Assembly (NCBI RefSeq): GCF_009914755.1
Contig: NC_060936.1
Origin: the human T2T-CHM13v2.0 reference genome, Homo sapiens
DNA length: 64,000 nt
Reading direction: 5' to 3' (one strand)
Below the pieces are notes generated by a model, which was not told the origin of the DNA, searched no databases, and saw only the letters and a program-made list of their open reading frames with translations. A program made the position numbers and the translations under genes. Shown here one piece after another: positions 30,954 through 45,936 of this stretch. Numbering within the stretch: position 1 is the first letter of the stretch; each line of letters opens with the position of its first letter.

Positions 30954-31390
30954 TAATAACTGCAGCCTTTTACTGTCACCTACACAGGAAATACAGCTCA
31001 GTATTTGGATGGGAGACAGCACAAGTTATGACAGATACAAACAAATTGAAAGAGAAATACTAGCAATGTTCTAAGAAGCAGAAACTTTCTGATGCCCTGT
31101 TCTTATTAAATTGAAATATGAGCTAATGAAAGCAGCAAATCTAAATGTGACATGAATATAGAGACCCCAAGATATAAAAAGAGAAATATAAGAATTCTTT
31201 CCAACTAAGCTACAATATGATGAGATATCAGTACTTTCAGAAGAAGGTAAACTTCCAGAGGAACATAGGATCTCATGTTCTCTTAGGAAGTCTTTGGGAA
31301 AGAAGAAAAAAGAAAGCTGCCAATATCCTAGCAATAACTCCGGCTCCTTGCTGTTATATACACAGGAGATTCAACTGAACAGAAGGATAA
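30954..31390 (+). pseudogene. Decayed exon with an internal coding repeat (SNN..LL..TQEIQL twice)
   Basis: tttctgcag| ... ATAA|gtgaga. The repeat copies are 378 bp (126 codons) apart and in frame, with six synonymous third-position differences. Confidence 0.6.
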
Positions 31391-31631
31391 GTGAGAGAGT
31401 AGAGGTTTTCATATCTGTCTACATTAGCTTGAGAAATTTCACAGTGAAATTCATCATCCATATTTATGTATCATATTCACAGTTTTGTTATAAATACAAA
31501 CAGTAAGTCCTCACTTAACATTGTCAATAGGTTCTTGGAAACTGCGACTTGAAGCAAAACAGCAAAGAAGCCATTTTTACCATAGGCTAATCGACATAAA
31601 CAAGAGTTAAGTTCCTATGGCATATTTCTGA

Positions 31632-32194
31632 TGTAGGGGCTAAGGGGAAACTTCCCCTTTACCCTCTGAAGTTTCGCTAAAATAAACCAACTGACAAAAG
31701 GCAGATTAATGGGAGAAATGGCAAATATCTACATGCACAGGAGAGAAACACACAGTGATTACCCCTATCACCCCAAACAATGGGATACAAAAGCTTGGAT
31801 AGCCTTTTTTCAGAGGAGAGGGAGGGGATGGGGAATATAGTTAATTCTGTTGATGGGCAATAAATGATTACTAGGTAGAATGAACAGAGAATAGAGATTA
31901 ACTTGTAAACGGTTCTTTTTCGAAATTCAATGAGCCCCAGAGACAGACATGATCTCGTGAAAGGGTTCATTCAGGTGTGGTTACACTCTTCGGTCTTCTT
32001 TTTTGCAGTAGATAATGAGATAACAGGGAGAGGAAAGTAAAACAATTGTTCTCATTGATGGATCCATCGGGTCTTTATGTAGATAGAAGGAAATGCTCTC
32101 CCAGCATCTATTGATCTTTTAAGGGGCTTTAATTCAAAATATGCTTTAGACTAGGAGGCAATATTTTGAGATGAAATAATTTTGATTTCCTTCT
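31632..32194 (-). mobile_element. Solo ERV1 LTR (MER34/MER31 group)
   Basis: Its 3' end resembles the LTR at 24703-25216 in reverse; interrupts MER6. Confidence 0.8.
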
Positions 32195-32275
32195 TTGGCC
32201 GCAAAAACATCACCAAACTTCTAAATAAAGACCCCAAACTTCTAATATTAAACATTGAAATAAAAGTGATATATT

Positions 32276-32812
32276 TGTAAACCCAAAAGTATCTGAGATA
32301 GGGCTCAATTAATTTAGTGGGTGCAGCGCACCAGCAAGGCACATGTATACATATGTAACTAACCTGCACATTGTGCACATGTACCCTAAAACTTAAAGTA
32401 TAATAATAATAAATAAATAAAGTTTATTTTTCCAAGGTTAAGGAAGTGCCTGGGAGACAGGTCTGTGCCTTTCTTCAAAGATGATTTTGAGGGCTTCAGT
32501 ATTTAAAGAGGAGAAGCAGGCTGGAGGGAAAAGAGGGAGGGTATGGTCACATCACTGAATCCACATGTTGCAAGAGAAAAGGAGCAGGTAGGGAAATAGT
32601 CAACTATGTACTCGCTCAGTAAATTGACACTTTGCATAAGAGAAAGTGAACATAGAGTAGCTAGCTACCTGTGCAGGTATTTAACCTTTTATCTGTAGCT
32701 TTCTGCTTAGGAACAAAAGAAAAGGCAGCTTCTTGCATAACTCAACTTTCAGCTTGATTCTTTTCCTCTTGGCAAGTGAATTTTGGTCACCAGTTTTTAT
32801 TTTCCTTTCATA
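32276..32812 (-). mobile_element. Solo ERV1 LTR (MER4C-like)
   Basis: MER4-type termini; interrupts MER6. Confidence 0.85.
32314..32420 (+). mobile_element. About 100-bp young L1PA (PA2/PA3-like) 3' tip
   Basis: ttagtgggtgcagcgcaccagc...cctaaaacttaaagtataataat. Confidence 0.95.
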
Positions 32813-33682
32813 CATTTAAGAAAGATTAATAAAAAGAAAATTATTTATATGTTCTTGTTGTGACATAAAAAATAAAAACAACAACAACAAAATAATTATT
32901 TATCCAATTTATTGTGTATCTGTGAGCAATTGCAATAACGGTGGTGGAATAAATCAACGAATGAAAGTTTGCGGAGCAAAAATTCTAAGGAGTCCTTCCA
33001 CCATGCAGTTCAAAAACAAATAATCAATATGGCGGGTAACTAAGTGCTTTCACCCCACGTCATGTATTATCATGCGTTTGTATGATTATTGGATACTTCA
33101 CAAATTTTCATTTTACAATAATTTGTATTCATTCATTCATTCCTTTTCCAACCTGCTTATTTCGGTTCAGCATCTCAGATGGCCAGAGCCTATCCTGGCA
33201 GCTCAGGGCACAAGTCAGGAAACAATCCTGGATAGGACACCATTCTGTCATAAGGCACACTCACACAGACCCACACTCACTGACACTGGGGCAATCTAGA
33301 CATGGAATTCACCTCATATGCACGTCTTTGGCATGTGGGAGGAAACCTGAGTAACTGGAGAAAAGCCATGTACACATGCAAACTCAGGAACATGCAAACT
33401 CCACACAGTGTCTCCAACTGGGAAGGAAGCAATTTTTCTCTCATCAACATTATAATGAAAGCACATCACGGAAGGACACAATACACATTCACACATTCTC
33501 CCAGATATACACCAAACTCTTAATGGTGACTATTTCTGAGGAGTCACATTGTGGAGAATGGGATAATGGAGGACTTTCACTTTTTAATTTGTATAATTCT
33601 GTATTACTTATTTTTTATGTGCATGTATTGCTTTTATTCATTCATTCATTTATTCATTTGAGGCAGGGTCTCACTCTGTCAC

Positions 33683-34194
33683 TGTTAGATATGAGTTCTA
33701 AATTTCTCTTCAAAGAATCAGTATGTCAGTTATGTTCAATTCTTTGCCTTCTACTTTTAAACTTAACTTCCTCATAAAGCAACCTTTTTCGATTACCTGA
33801 CTCATTCTGATTACCTGCTCCACCCTGACTCATTCCAATTACCTGCTCTGCCCCGACTCATTCTCCAACCTGACTCAGTCTGATTTCCTGCTCTGCCTTA
33901 ACCATTTTTCCCGCCAAACCACTCACCCCGTCACTCTCTTTAAATTAGCCAATCGGAATTAGTTTAGCCTGTGTGGTCTAACCCTAGCCAATGGGGTAAG
34001 GACACAGCAGCAGGGGCCACGTGCATCAGGAATAAGAACCCCTTCTGCTCCTTTGTCCACCTGTGTGCTCACCATTGCTCCATCTGTGAGGGCCTACCCT
34101 TCTATAGAAGTAAATAGCCTTGCTGAGAAGAAAAAAGGAAAATTTTATACTCGAGTGCTATTTCTTTTGAGGCACCGAAACTTTATTTATAACA
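33683..34194 (+). mobile_element. Solo LTR10 (LTR10F-like, HERV-I)
   Basis: TGTTAGATATGAGTTCTAAA...TATAACA; TSD tcac; internal tandem repeats. Confidence 0.93.
33798..33877. promoter_or_regulatory. AP-1 motif array in the LTR10 tandem repeat
   Basis: TGACTCA at 33798, 33826 and 33871; variant CGACTCA at 33854. Confidence 0.75.
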
Positions 34195-34324
34195 TCACCC
34201 AGGCTGGAGTGCAGTGACATAATCACCACTCACTTCAGTCTTAACTTCCCAGGCTCAAATGATCCTCCTACCTCAGCCTCCAGAGTAGCTAAGACTGCAG
34301 GTGTGTGCCACCATACCCAGCTAA

Positions 34325-34522
<198 letters not shown>

Positions 34523-34949
34523 TAATTTAAAAAAAAAAAACCTGCCTTGGCCAACCATGCTAAGAATTAATTTATGATTAGCTATGCCCTTGTGGCAAGT
34601 TTAATAGCTAAAATCTCTTTATTTTAGTAATTTGGTAGGATTTTCTCTAGAACAGATCATTTTCTTTATTTTTCCCCCCATAGGCCAACCATGAGCAAGG
34701 AACTAGAACAAATCATTTTAAAGTGAAATCCCAATGTCATATGGACAAGTAGTATATTTTTCCTAGTGTTATTGCCCTTATTCAATTAATATAAATGCAG
34801 CCCAGTACTTAATCACTGCCTACCAGGGAACATAAAATCACAATACATGGTTTACCAATTTCCCTAAGAGTGTACCATAGGCGGGAACCTTGAGAACTTC
34901 TTTCACTATCCATATTTGCATTTCCCAGTAGGATACAAGTGATGGAAAA

Positions 34950-36050
34950 TATGAGGGGTCTTCAAAATGTTCCTGGAATATGTGTATTATGAAGAAACTA
35001 TGCATGGATTTTATAAATTTTTTGAAACAAAGTAAACTTCCACTGACTTGTTATAACATGTCTAAACAGGATCTAGTTTGAGGCAATAAGACAGATAAGA
35101 TGTCAGTTTGAAAAGAGCTCCTATCAGAGCAGCGTGAATTCTACTAAAATTGAAGCAAGAACAAACATCAAATTTACAGTGAAGCTTGGGTAGAAGAATG
35201 GTGAAATTATTCATGCTTTACAAAAATATGGGAAGAATGCCCCCCAAAAATCAGCAGTTTTCGAATAGATAACCCCTTTTTTGTTTTTGTTTTGAGACAG
35301 AGTCTTGCTCTGTCACCCAGGCTAGAGTAGAGTGGTACAATTAGGGCTCACTGCAGCCTCGAACTCCTGGGCTCAAGCAATCCTCCCACCTCAGCCCCCT
35401 GAGTAGCTGGGACTGCAGGTGCATGTCACCACGCCCAGCAAGTTTTTATATTTCTTTTTAGAGATAAGGTTTTGCCATGCTGTTCAGGCTGGTCTCGAAT
35501 TCCTAGGCTCGAGCAATCCTCTGGCCTCAATCTTCTAAACTGCTAGGATTACAGGTGTGAGCCACCACACCTGATCCGATAATTCATTTTAAGAGATGAG
35601 ACAATGTTGAAGATGAAGAGGACTGATGATCAGAGCAGAAACAGTAGCCAACACCTAGACATCTTGATCAGTTCAGCTTACATAATTCTGACTGAAAAAT
35701 CAAGATTCAGCAAACTTTCCACTTGATGAGTGCAAAAACTGTTGTGCCCAGATCAGCTGCAGACAATAGCTGAGATTTCAATGGAAATTTTAAACCGTAG
35801 GATCAAGATCCTGAAGCATTTCTTTAAAGAATTGTAACAGGGGATGAAACACGGTTTACCAGTGCAATCCTGAAGACAAAACACAATCAAAGCAATGGCT
35901 ACCAAGAGTTGGAAGTTGTCCAGTCAAAGCAAAAGTGGACTGGTCAAGAGCAATGGTCATGACAACAGTTTTTTGGGGGGATGCTCAAGACATTTTGCTT
36001 GTTGACTTTTGAGAGGGCCAAAGAATGATAACATCTGCTTATTATGATAG
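34950..36050 (+). mobile_element. Hsmar2 mariner DNA transposon, 3'-truncated, decayed transposase
   Basis: TA plus 5' TIR TGAGGGGTCTTCAAAA. Translation from 35134 gives NSTKIEARTNIKF..., RIVTGDET, SKQWLPR and TITSAYY-like segments. Confidence 0.95.
35277..35577 (-). mobile_element. AluJ inside Hsmar2
   Basis: Diverged TSD gataacccctttt/gataattcatttt. Confidence 0.95.
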
Positions 36051-36107
36051 CTTTATAGGAATACTAGAATGGCCTAATACAGGGTTTACATAAGAAATTC
36101 AGAAGGT

Positions 36108-36248
36108 GGCCAGGTGCCATGGCTCACGCCTGTAATCCTAGCACTTTGAGAGGCCAAGGTGGGTGGCTCACTTGAGTCTAGGGGTTTGAGACCAGCCTGG
36201 GCAACATGGCAAGACCCCATTTCTAAATAAATAAATAAAAAGAAAAAA
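36108..36248 (+). mobile_element. FLAM / Alu left monomer
   Basis: Single arm with A tail. Confidence 0.9.
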
Positions 36249-36249
36249 G

Positions 36250-38810
<2,561 letters not shown>

Positions 38811-38833
38811 CATAGCACAGAATCATATCTTGA

Positions 38834-39353
<520 letters not shown>

Positions 39354-39392
39354 TAAATTAACATTATAATGTAAGCATTTTCCACGTTATAA

Positions 39393-40112
39393 CGAACCAG
39401 CCTTTGCAAAATCGTACAGTAAAAGAAACTTGACATAGTGGACTCCATCTTGCTTCTGACCTTCACACTATTCTTGGTCATTCCTGGGTGTGGTCCAAGC
39501 TAACTTTAAGAGGAATTTATTTTATAGTTTAACCTTAAACCAAGGGTTATGATAGCCCTTCCCAAAACTAAACCATTTTTGTAAAACTAATGAAAGGCCA
39601 CAAGGATAAAATTATCCAAGGGGCTTGAACTCTGCTAAAATGTAGATGTAGTTTGTGTAATCCCTTACTGCTCAGGAGTCCTGTTGCCAGAGGTCACAAG
39701 ATTTGTGACTTCCCCAATTGTTCCTATAAATAACATCACTATTGTAGAACCTAAAATTGGTTTTTTGCAAGACGTTTTTCAGACTGCCTTCACCCAGATT
39801 TATGACTCATGACTCAATCGATCCTGTGGCCCCATCCAGAGGCAGACTCAGTGCATGAGGACCATTTTTCCACACCCCTGTGATATCAGCCCCTACCAAT
39901 CAGTAGCACCCATTCCCTAGCCCCCTGCTCACAAAATCACCCATAAACACCCCTAACTTCTGAGCCTTCAGGGAGACTGATTTGTGTGGTAACTCCAGTT
40001 TTCCTGTATGGGATGGCCTCATTTCAATTAAACTCTCTCTACTGAAATGCCTTGATTTCAATGGATTGATTTTTTCTGTGTAGTGGTCAAGAAGAACCCA
40101 TAGATAATTACA
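39393..40112 (+). mobile_element. Solo ERV1 LTR8 family (LTR8A/8B-like)
   Basis: GAACCAGCCTTTGCAAAA...GACTCCATCTTGCTTCT...AATTACA. Confidence 0.88.
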
Positions 40113-40164
40113 ATATAGATTAATTGTTGGGTTCTGGATAAGTGGGGTTTTTATTGGGGGGGAG

Positions 40165-40457
40165 TTGTTTGTTTTTGAGACAGAGTCTCACTCCATCACC
40201 CAGGCTGGAGTGCAGTGGCCTGATCTCAGCTCACTGCAACCTCTGCCTCCAGGTTCAAGGGATTTTCCTGCCTTAGCCTCCCAAGTAACTGGAATTACAG
40301 GTACCCACCACCACATCCAGCTAACTTTTGTATTTTTAGTAGAGACAGGGTCTTACCAGTTTGGCCAGGCTGGTCTCGATCTCCTGACCTCAACTGATCC
40401 ACCCACCTGGGCCTCCCAAAGTGGTGGGATTACAGGTGTGAGCCACTGCACCCAGCA
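40165..40457 (-). mobile_element. Alu
   Basis: Full dimer. Confidence 0.95.
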
Positions 40458-40785
40458 CTTTTGATAAGTATTTTAAATAAAAATTTTGGAATACTATAGA
40501 TTACTGATGACGATCCTCATTTTTGTGAAACTAAAGAAGAACACTGTGAAACTTCAACCAAATTATCAGGAATAAATAGGGACATCACTCATTTTTGTCT
40601 CACTGTTAGAGATGCATGGTCTTCTGACTTCTTTTATCTTGTTGTTGCATATGTTGCTCTTATCTTTTTTACTAACTGCATTCCTCTATCCTTTGAAGTT
40701 AGGAATATTATAAAGTTGTTTGGAGTACAAATCAAGGTCTGTAGCTGGTAAGTGCAAAGATGACACTGAATCTGTCTTCCTCCAG

Positions 40786-40927
40786 GACCAGGGGCTTCCC
40801 CTTAGAGGAGTGCTAAGAAGATACTCTGTATATCCTTACCCCAGCCACAAGATAGTACAGTTCTAAAATTTCGTTCAGTTCTCATTTCTCTAGCTGGGGT
40901 CAAAGAACATCTCTTGTCTTTTTCTGG
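40786..40927 (+). pseudogene. Decayed PTP D1 motifs 1-3
   Basis: cttcctccag| start; one frame reads RRYSVYPYPSHKIVQF*...*LGSKNISCLFLG, resembling NRY.NILPYDHSRV.L and GSDYINASFI.G. Confidence 0.45.
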
Positions 40928-41123
40928 GTTGGAAAGATTTAAGTTTCCTAAAAGACTGGCTGATTTAGTGGAACAATCATTCATTTTATCCTATTGCTAA
41001 ACCTCTGCAGTCTTCTCTAGCAAGAATGAATTCAAAAACATACAAAGAAAAATTCTCATTGTTCAAATTAGAATTAAAGATGCAACAAATTTGCAAAAAC
41101 CAAAACACACACTTAGGAATCTT

Positions 41124-41462
41124 TTTCTTCTCTTTCTTTTCTTTTCTTTTTCTTTCTTTCTTTCTTTTTTTTTTATAAGACACAGTCTCACTCACTCACT
41201 CTGTCACCCAGGATGGAGTACAGTGGCACCATCTCGACTCACTGCAACTTCTGCCTCCTGTTTATGCAATTCTCCTGCCTCAGCCTCCTGAATAGCTGGG
41301 ATTACAGGTGTGCACCACCATGCCTGGCTAATTTTTGTATTATTAGTAGAGACAGGGTTTGCCATGTTGGCCAGGCTGGTTTTGAACTCCTGACCTTAAG
41401 TGATCCACCTGCTTCAACCTCCTGAAGTTCTGGGATTACAGGCATGAGCCACCATGCCTGGC
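41124..41462 (-). mobile_element. Alu
   Basis: TSD cacacttaggaatctt. Confidence 0.96.
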
Positions 41463-42347
41463 ACACTTAGGAATCTTGAACCCCTGTTTTTGATGGTGAG
41501 CTCTGTATTAATAAGAGTTGATAAGAACATGATCTTGATCTGTGATGTAGAGAATTTCAAAAATGTTATTTGAAACACTTAAAGACCCATCAATTAATCA
41601 TAAAAGGTATGGGTGATTACTTTTGAAAAAATACTTACAATGTTCAATTGAAAGGATAGATATTCACATATAAACTGTGGTTACAGCTATGTACATCATG
41701 TGGAAGGCAACACAACCAATTGAGAACATGAATTGTGTAGGTGGTGGGAATGTGAGTAATTCTCCCCCTTTATTTTCCAAAATGTAGTTATAGTGTTAGT
41801 ACAACAACAACAAAAAAATCCATCTGTGCTTGGCACTGCTAGGAAATACGTAAAGTACATTCAAGATATAATTCTGTGCTATGGAAGCTTATAGATCTTT
41901 CCAGTCTAATGACCTTCAGCTCTGCTGAACTTCAAGAGCCCTAAATCTTGCCACTCTCTGGAACAGATAAGCCTCTGGAATTTTAAATTCCATATTTCAC
42001 CTTCAGATCATAGCTGCCAATTTCTCTCATTGTTTAATGCCTCTACCACAATACTTGTCTTCTAACAACATCAACAGCTCTAGTTTCTTAATCTCCAGAG
42101 GACTGCGACTCCAGCTCACAGTCTCACTTAGTCCTAGAGTGCCTGATTTCTCCTACCTGGACATCTCCAGATCCTTGACTCATCAATCCTATCTAGGATG
42201 GCTGATATAACCCCTTTTCATATTTCCTTGTCTCAATTCCAAATCATAGATTTGGAAGCATTATATTGGGAGATTCGTTATATTGGGAGAATATCTTGTG
42301 GGTATAGCAAGAGAACCCCATTAGAAGGCAACATTAACTACTACTTA

Positions 42348-42854
42348 TGGCAGAGAGTGGCAATGCCAATCCTATATTCTTATTTCTTCTTCCTCACTAA
42401 TCAAATCCGATCTTCTTTAGTTTGACAATATGCTCTCTAAAGATTACATTGATCAGACTCCCTACAAAAAAGGTGACCAATGAGAAGTATGCAGTGGTCA
42501 AGTGGGTAGCTTTTCCTGAAAGCTCCTTAAAGGGAGCTGACTCATCTGTGCTCTTCTTGCCCTTTACCCTTTCTTCCCCCTTCACGTCTTTAGCTGAGGT
42601 ATAATGGCTGGAGCTTCAGCAGCAATTTTACAACCAAAAGGAAACCTTACGTAGGTCCCTGCCTTCTGAGAATAGTGGAGCAAAAACCTAGATGCAGCCT
42701 GGGGACATGGACGATGTTGCATAATTACTACATAGTCCCCAGCTTCCTGCTTTCAGACTATTTTTTTAATGTGAAATAAAATAACCTCTATGTTTTTAAA
42801 GTCATTCTTATCAGGTAATTGTTACTAATAATTTGGTGATTCCTAATTGTCACA
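42348..42854 (+). mobile_element. MaLR LTR (MLT1J-like)
   Basis: atggctggagct.cagcagc.atttt and MLT1-type 3' end. Confidence 0.75.
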
Positions 42855-43002
42855 CAACTTAGTTCACTCATTGATTACCAATTATTTGCTGACTGTTGTC
42901 ATGAGTTTGGCATTATGTTACAAGTTTGGGTAAAAACAAAAAAAGTATAAGAATAGTTTTAGAGTACAAATAAATCCTTATTTCTTCTATTAAGAAAATG
43001 AC

Positions 43003-43308
43003 TTTTTTGTTGTTGTTGTTTGTTTTTTGAGACAAAGTATCGCTCTGTTGCCCAGGCTGAGTGCAGTGGCTCAATCTCGGCTCACTACAACCTCCGCCTC
43101 ACAGGTTCAAGCGACTCTCCTGCCTCAGCCTCCTGAGTAGCTGGGAATACAGGCACCTGCCACCATGCCTAGCTAATTTTTGTATTTTCAGTGGAGATAC
43201 GGTTTTGCCATGTTGGCCAGGCTGGTCTCGAACTCCTGGCCTCAAGTGATCCATCTGCCTCAGCTTCCCAAACTGCTGGGATTACAGGCGTGAGCCACCA
43301 CACCTGGT
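43003..43308 (-). mobile_element. Alu (AluS)
   Basis: Full dimer. Confidence 0.96.
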
Positions 43309-43573
43309 TTAAGAAAAGGTATGCTTTTTAAAGATCATAATGAAGTTCATGGTAATCTATGATTTTTTTCATTTACTAAAATGTATAGGCAATAAGCACT
43401 ATGGGCTATCAAAGATGACAAAGGTGGGAGGTGGGATGTAGTGATTGAGAAAAAAGGTGACAATTGAGTTGAACCTGAAAGGAAGGAGAAGAATGGCAGG
43501 AAGAGTTAAACCATTTCTTCTCGTGCCCAGAGGAAAATCATGCACAATGAACCAGAAAGAATAATAAAAAGCT

Positions 43574-43894
43574 TGCCAGATGCAGTGGCCCATGCCTCTA
43601 ATCCCTGCACTTTGGGAAGCCAAGGCAGGCAGATCGCTTGAGGACAGGAGTTCAAGACCAGCCTGGGCAACATAGTGAGACCCCATCTCTACAGAAAAAT
43701 TTAAAATTTTTTTCAAGGTATGGTGGCACACACCTGTAGTCCCAGCTACTGGTGCCACTACACTCCAGCCTGGGCAACGGAGTGAGAACTTGTCTTTCTC
43801 TCTCTCTCTCTTTTTTTTTTTTTTTGGTCTTTTTACCTGCAGTTTCTTTGGGTATGAGAGACCCTATCTCTTAAAAATAAATAAATAAAATAAA
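43574..43894 (+). mobile_element. AluJ with right-arm deletion and a short antisense insert near its tail
   Basis: agctact|ggtgccact junction; poly-T insert at about 43799-43855. Confidence 0.9.
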
Positions 43895-44016
43895 CCTTAC
43901 ATTTAGGAGATACTAAGGACTGTAGCCTGGCTGGACTAATTCTGTTGTGTGTCCTTAAGTAAGACAGTCAGCCTCTTTGTTCTGGAGGTTCTCCCTTTCA
44001 AAACCACTACATATTA

Positions 44017-44345
44017 GGCAGGGTGCAGTGGCTCATGCCTGTAATCCCAGCATTTTGGGAGGCCAAAGCAGGTGGAACACTTGAGGTCAGAGTTCGAGAC
44101 CAGCCTGGCCAACGTGGTGAAACCGTATCTCTACTAAAAATACAAAAATTAGCCAGGTGTGGTGGGGTACACTTGTAGTCCCAGCTACTCAGGAGGCCGA
44201 GACAGGAGAATTGCTTGAACGTGGGAGGCGGAAGTTGCAGTGAGTCAAGATTGTGCCACTGCCCTCCAACCTGGGTGACAGAGAGAGACTCCATCTCAAA
44301 AACAAAAAACAAAAGCAAAAAAACAAAACAAAACAAAACAAAAAA
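44017..44345 (+). mobile_element. Alu (AluS)
   Basis: Full dimer with (AAAAC)n tail. Confidence 0.96.
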
Positions 44346-44624
44346 CACCACGTGTTTATAGCATGCTTGGAGACTGTCAGCTGAACTCTGTACAACAGTC
44401 AGTGACCCTGGAGTTTTATTATACAACATCAACCTTTCTTCATAAGAATGTTACCAGAATAACAACTTTATGTGAGATAAATGTTTCACAGCCCTTTGTC
44501 TTCATATCCCAAGTTGTCTGCCAATGCCTATGGCTCTTATGCTGAATGAAATTGCTCTGTGTGATGTGTACGTTTTTGGGTTCCTCTTGATACAGTGGGA
44601 AGTGCCTGTGGCTTCCTTTGCTCA
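44346..44624 (+). pseudogene. Decayed PTP D1 motifs 4-7
   Basis: Reads VFIAC (motif-4-like), LEFY...[15 protein letters not shown] (motifs 5/6), VCQCLW (motif 7) and YVFGFLLIQ. Strong donor CA|gtaagt, phase 2. Confidence 0.6.
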
Positions 44625-44946
44625 GTAAGTGTGTCTTACTATGTTTTTGTCCTGCTATGCTATATCCATGAATGTATTATGTTGTCACTAAGAGTTTTCT
44701 TGTAATATTTTACCAATGTCATAACCAAATCTTCCTGTGGTCACTGTTCAGAAAGCTACACTGGCTGTTTAGTCATTTAAGTTACTCAAGGACAATATTT
44801 AACCATCTGTGTACCACTGAGGTAAGAAAAAAACAAACAAAAAACAAAACAAACAAACCAAAAAAAAATCTGACTACAGTAAAAACATTTCTATTTCTCC
44901 CTTTTCCCTCCAATTCAGATCTTAACATTTCTCAGCCTTCAGTTAA

Positions 44947-45305
<359 letters not shown>

Positions 45306-45621
45306 AGAGAGTACACATTTTTATCCATTCTTCCTCCAAGATAAGGACTTACTGCCCTTGCCCCTGCTTTGTTTTTGCTCCCAACCTGGAAGCTGGTGGC
45401 AAAGATTAGGGTCCTTCTCTAAGGCAAAAGCATCAAAGCCAAACCTTTTCACAATGAGGACCAATCCTTTAGGTAATGGCATTCCCTTTAGAAGGCTCTA
45501 TTAAAATAGCAGCATGAAAGTGTCTTAAATCTTTGGATTACCAGCTTTAAGTTCACCAGCTTTCACTTTAGGTGTGGTGGAAAAATCCTATAAAGAACAT
45601 TTAAAGGCAAATGTATTTCAG

Positions 45622-45936
45622 TTTGGACCATGACATTATGCAATTGTACATCGCATGTTCTTATTCCAGATCTTCAAACAGATGAAAAGTTAACTATTGT
45701 ATTTTGATTGAAGCCCAGACCAGCTGTGAGAGGAAAATTTACCACTTTCTACCAGGAAGATTAGAGGCTGTTCCTAGCAAGGCAAAAACCAGTTATTAAA
45801 CTTTTCTCGTTAAATAAAGACCATGTGTGTTACTGTGGGTGTGTAAACAATGAGTGCCTGCCATCCCACACAGGATACACAAGGTGGACTGCAGGAGAAT
45901 GCGAGCAGGGCAGAGGAAAGTCCTATTTATCCACAC
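45622..45936 (+). pseudogene. Decayed PTP D1 WPD-loop to P-loop exon
   Basis: Phase-2 acceptor matches the upstream donor. Reads CERKIYHF...AVPSKA / PVIKLFSL ... SPI / IH|gtaaat, resembling REILHFHY..WPD.GVP..P..(F)L ... P.VVH. Confidence 0.6.

Larger units (their letters stand above)
31499..33461. mobile_element. MER6 (TcMar-Tigger non-autonomous), split by two LTRs
   Basis: Start cagtaagtcctcacttaac; pieces at 31499-31631, 32195-32275 and 32813-33461; V-SINE-like core at about 33318-33410. Confidence 0.9.

Noticed and set aside
40600-40700. Second hydrophobic TM-like stretch
   Set aside because: Most simply the polypyrimidine tract of the acceptor at 40698.
40699-40747. RNIIKLFGV resembling kinase subdomain IV, with a strong donor
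   Set aside because: No HRD, DFG or APE motifs found elsewhere, and the context fits a PTP; treated as coincidence, though it may be an exon in another frame.
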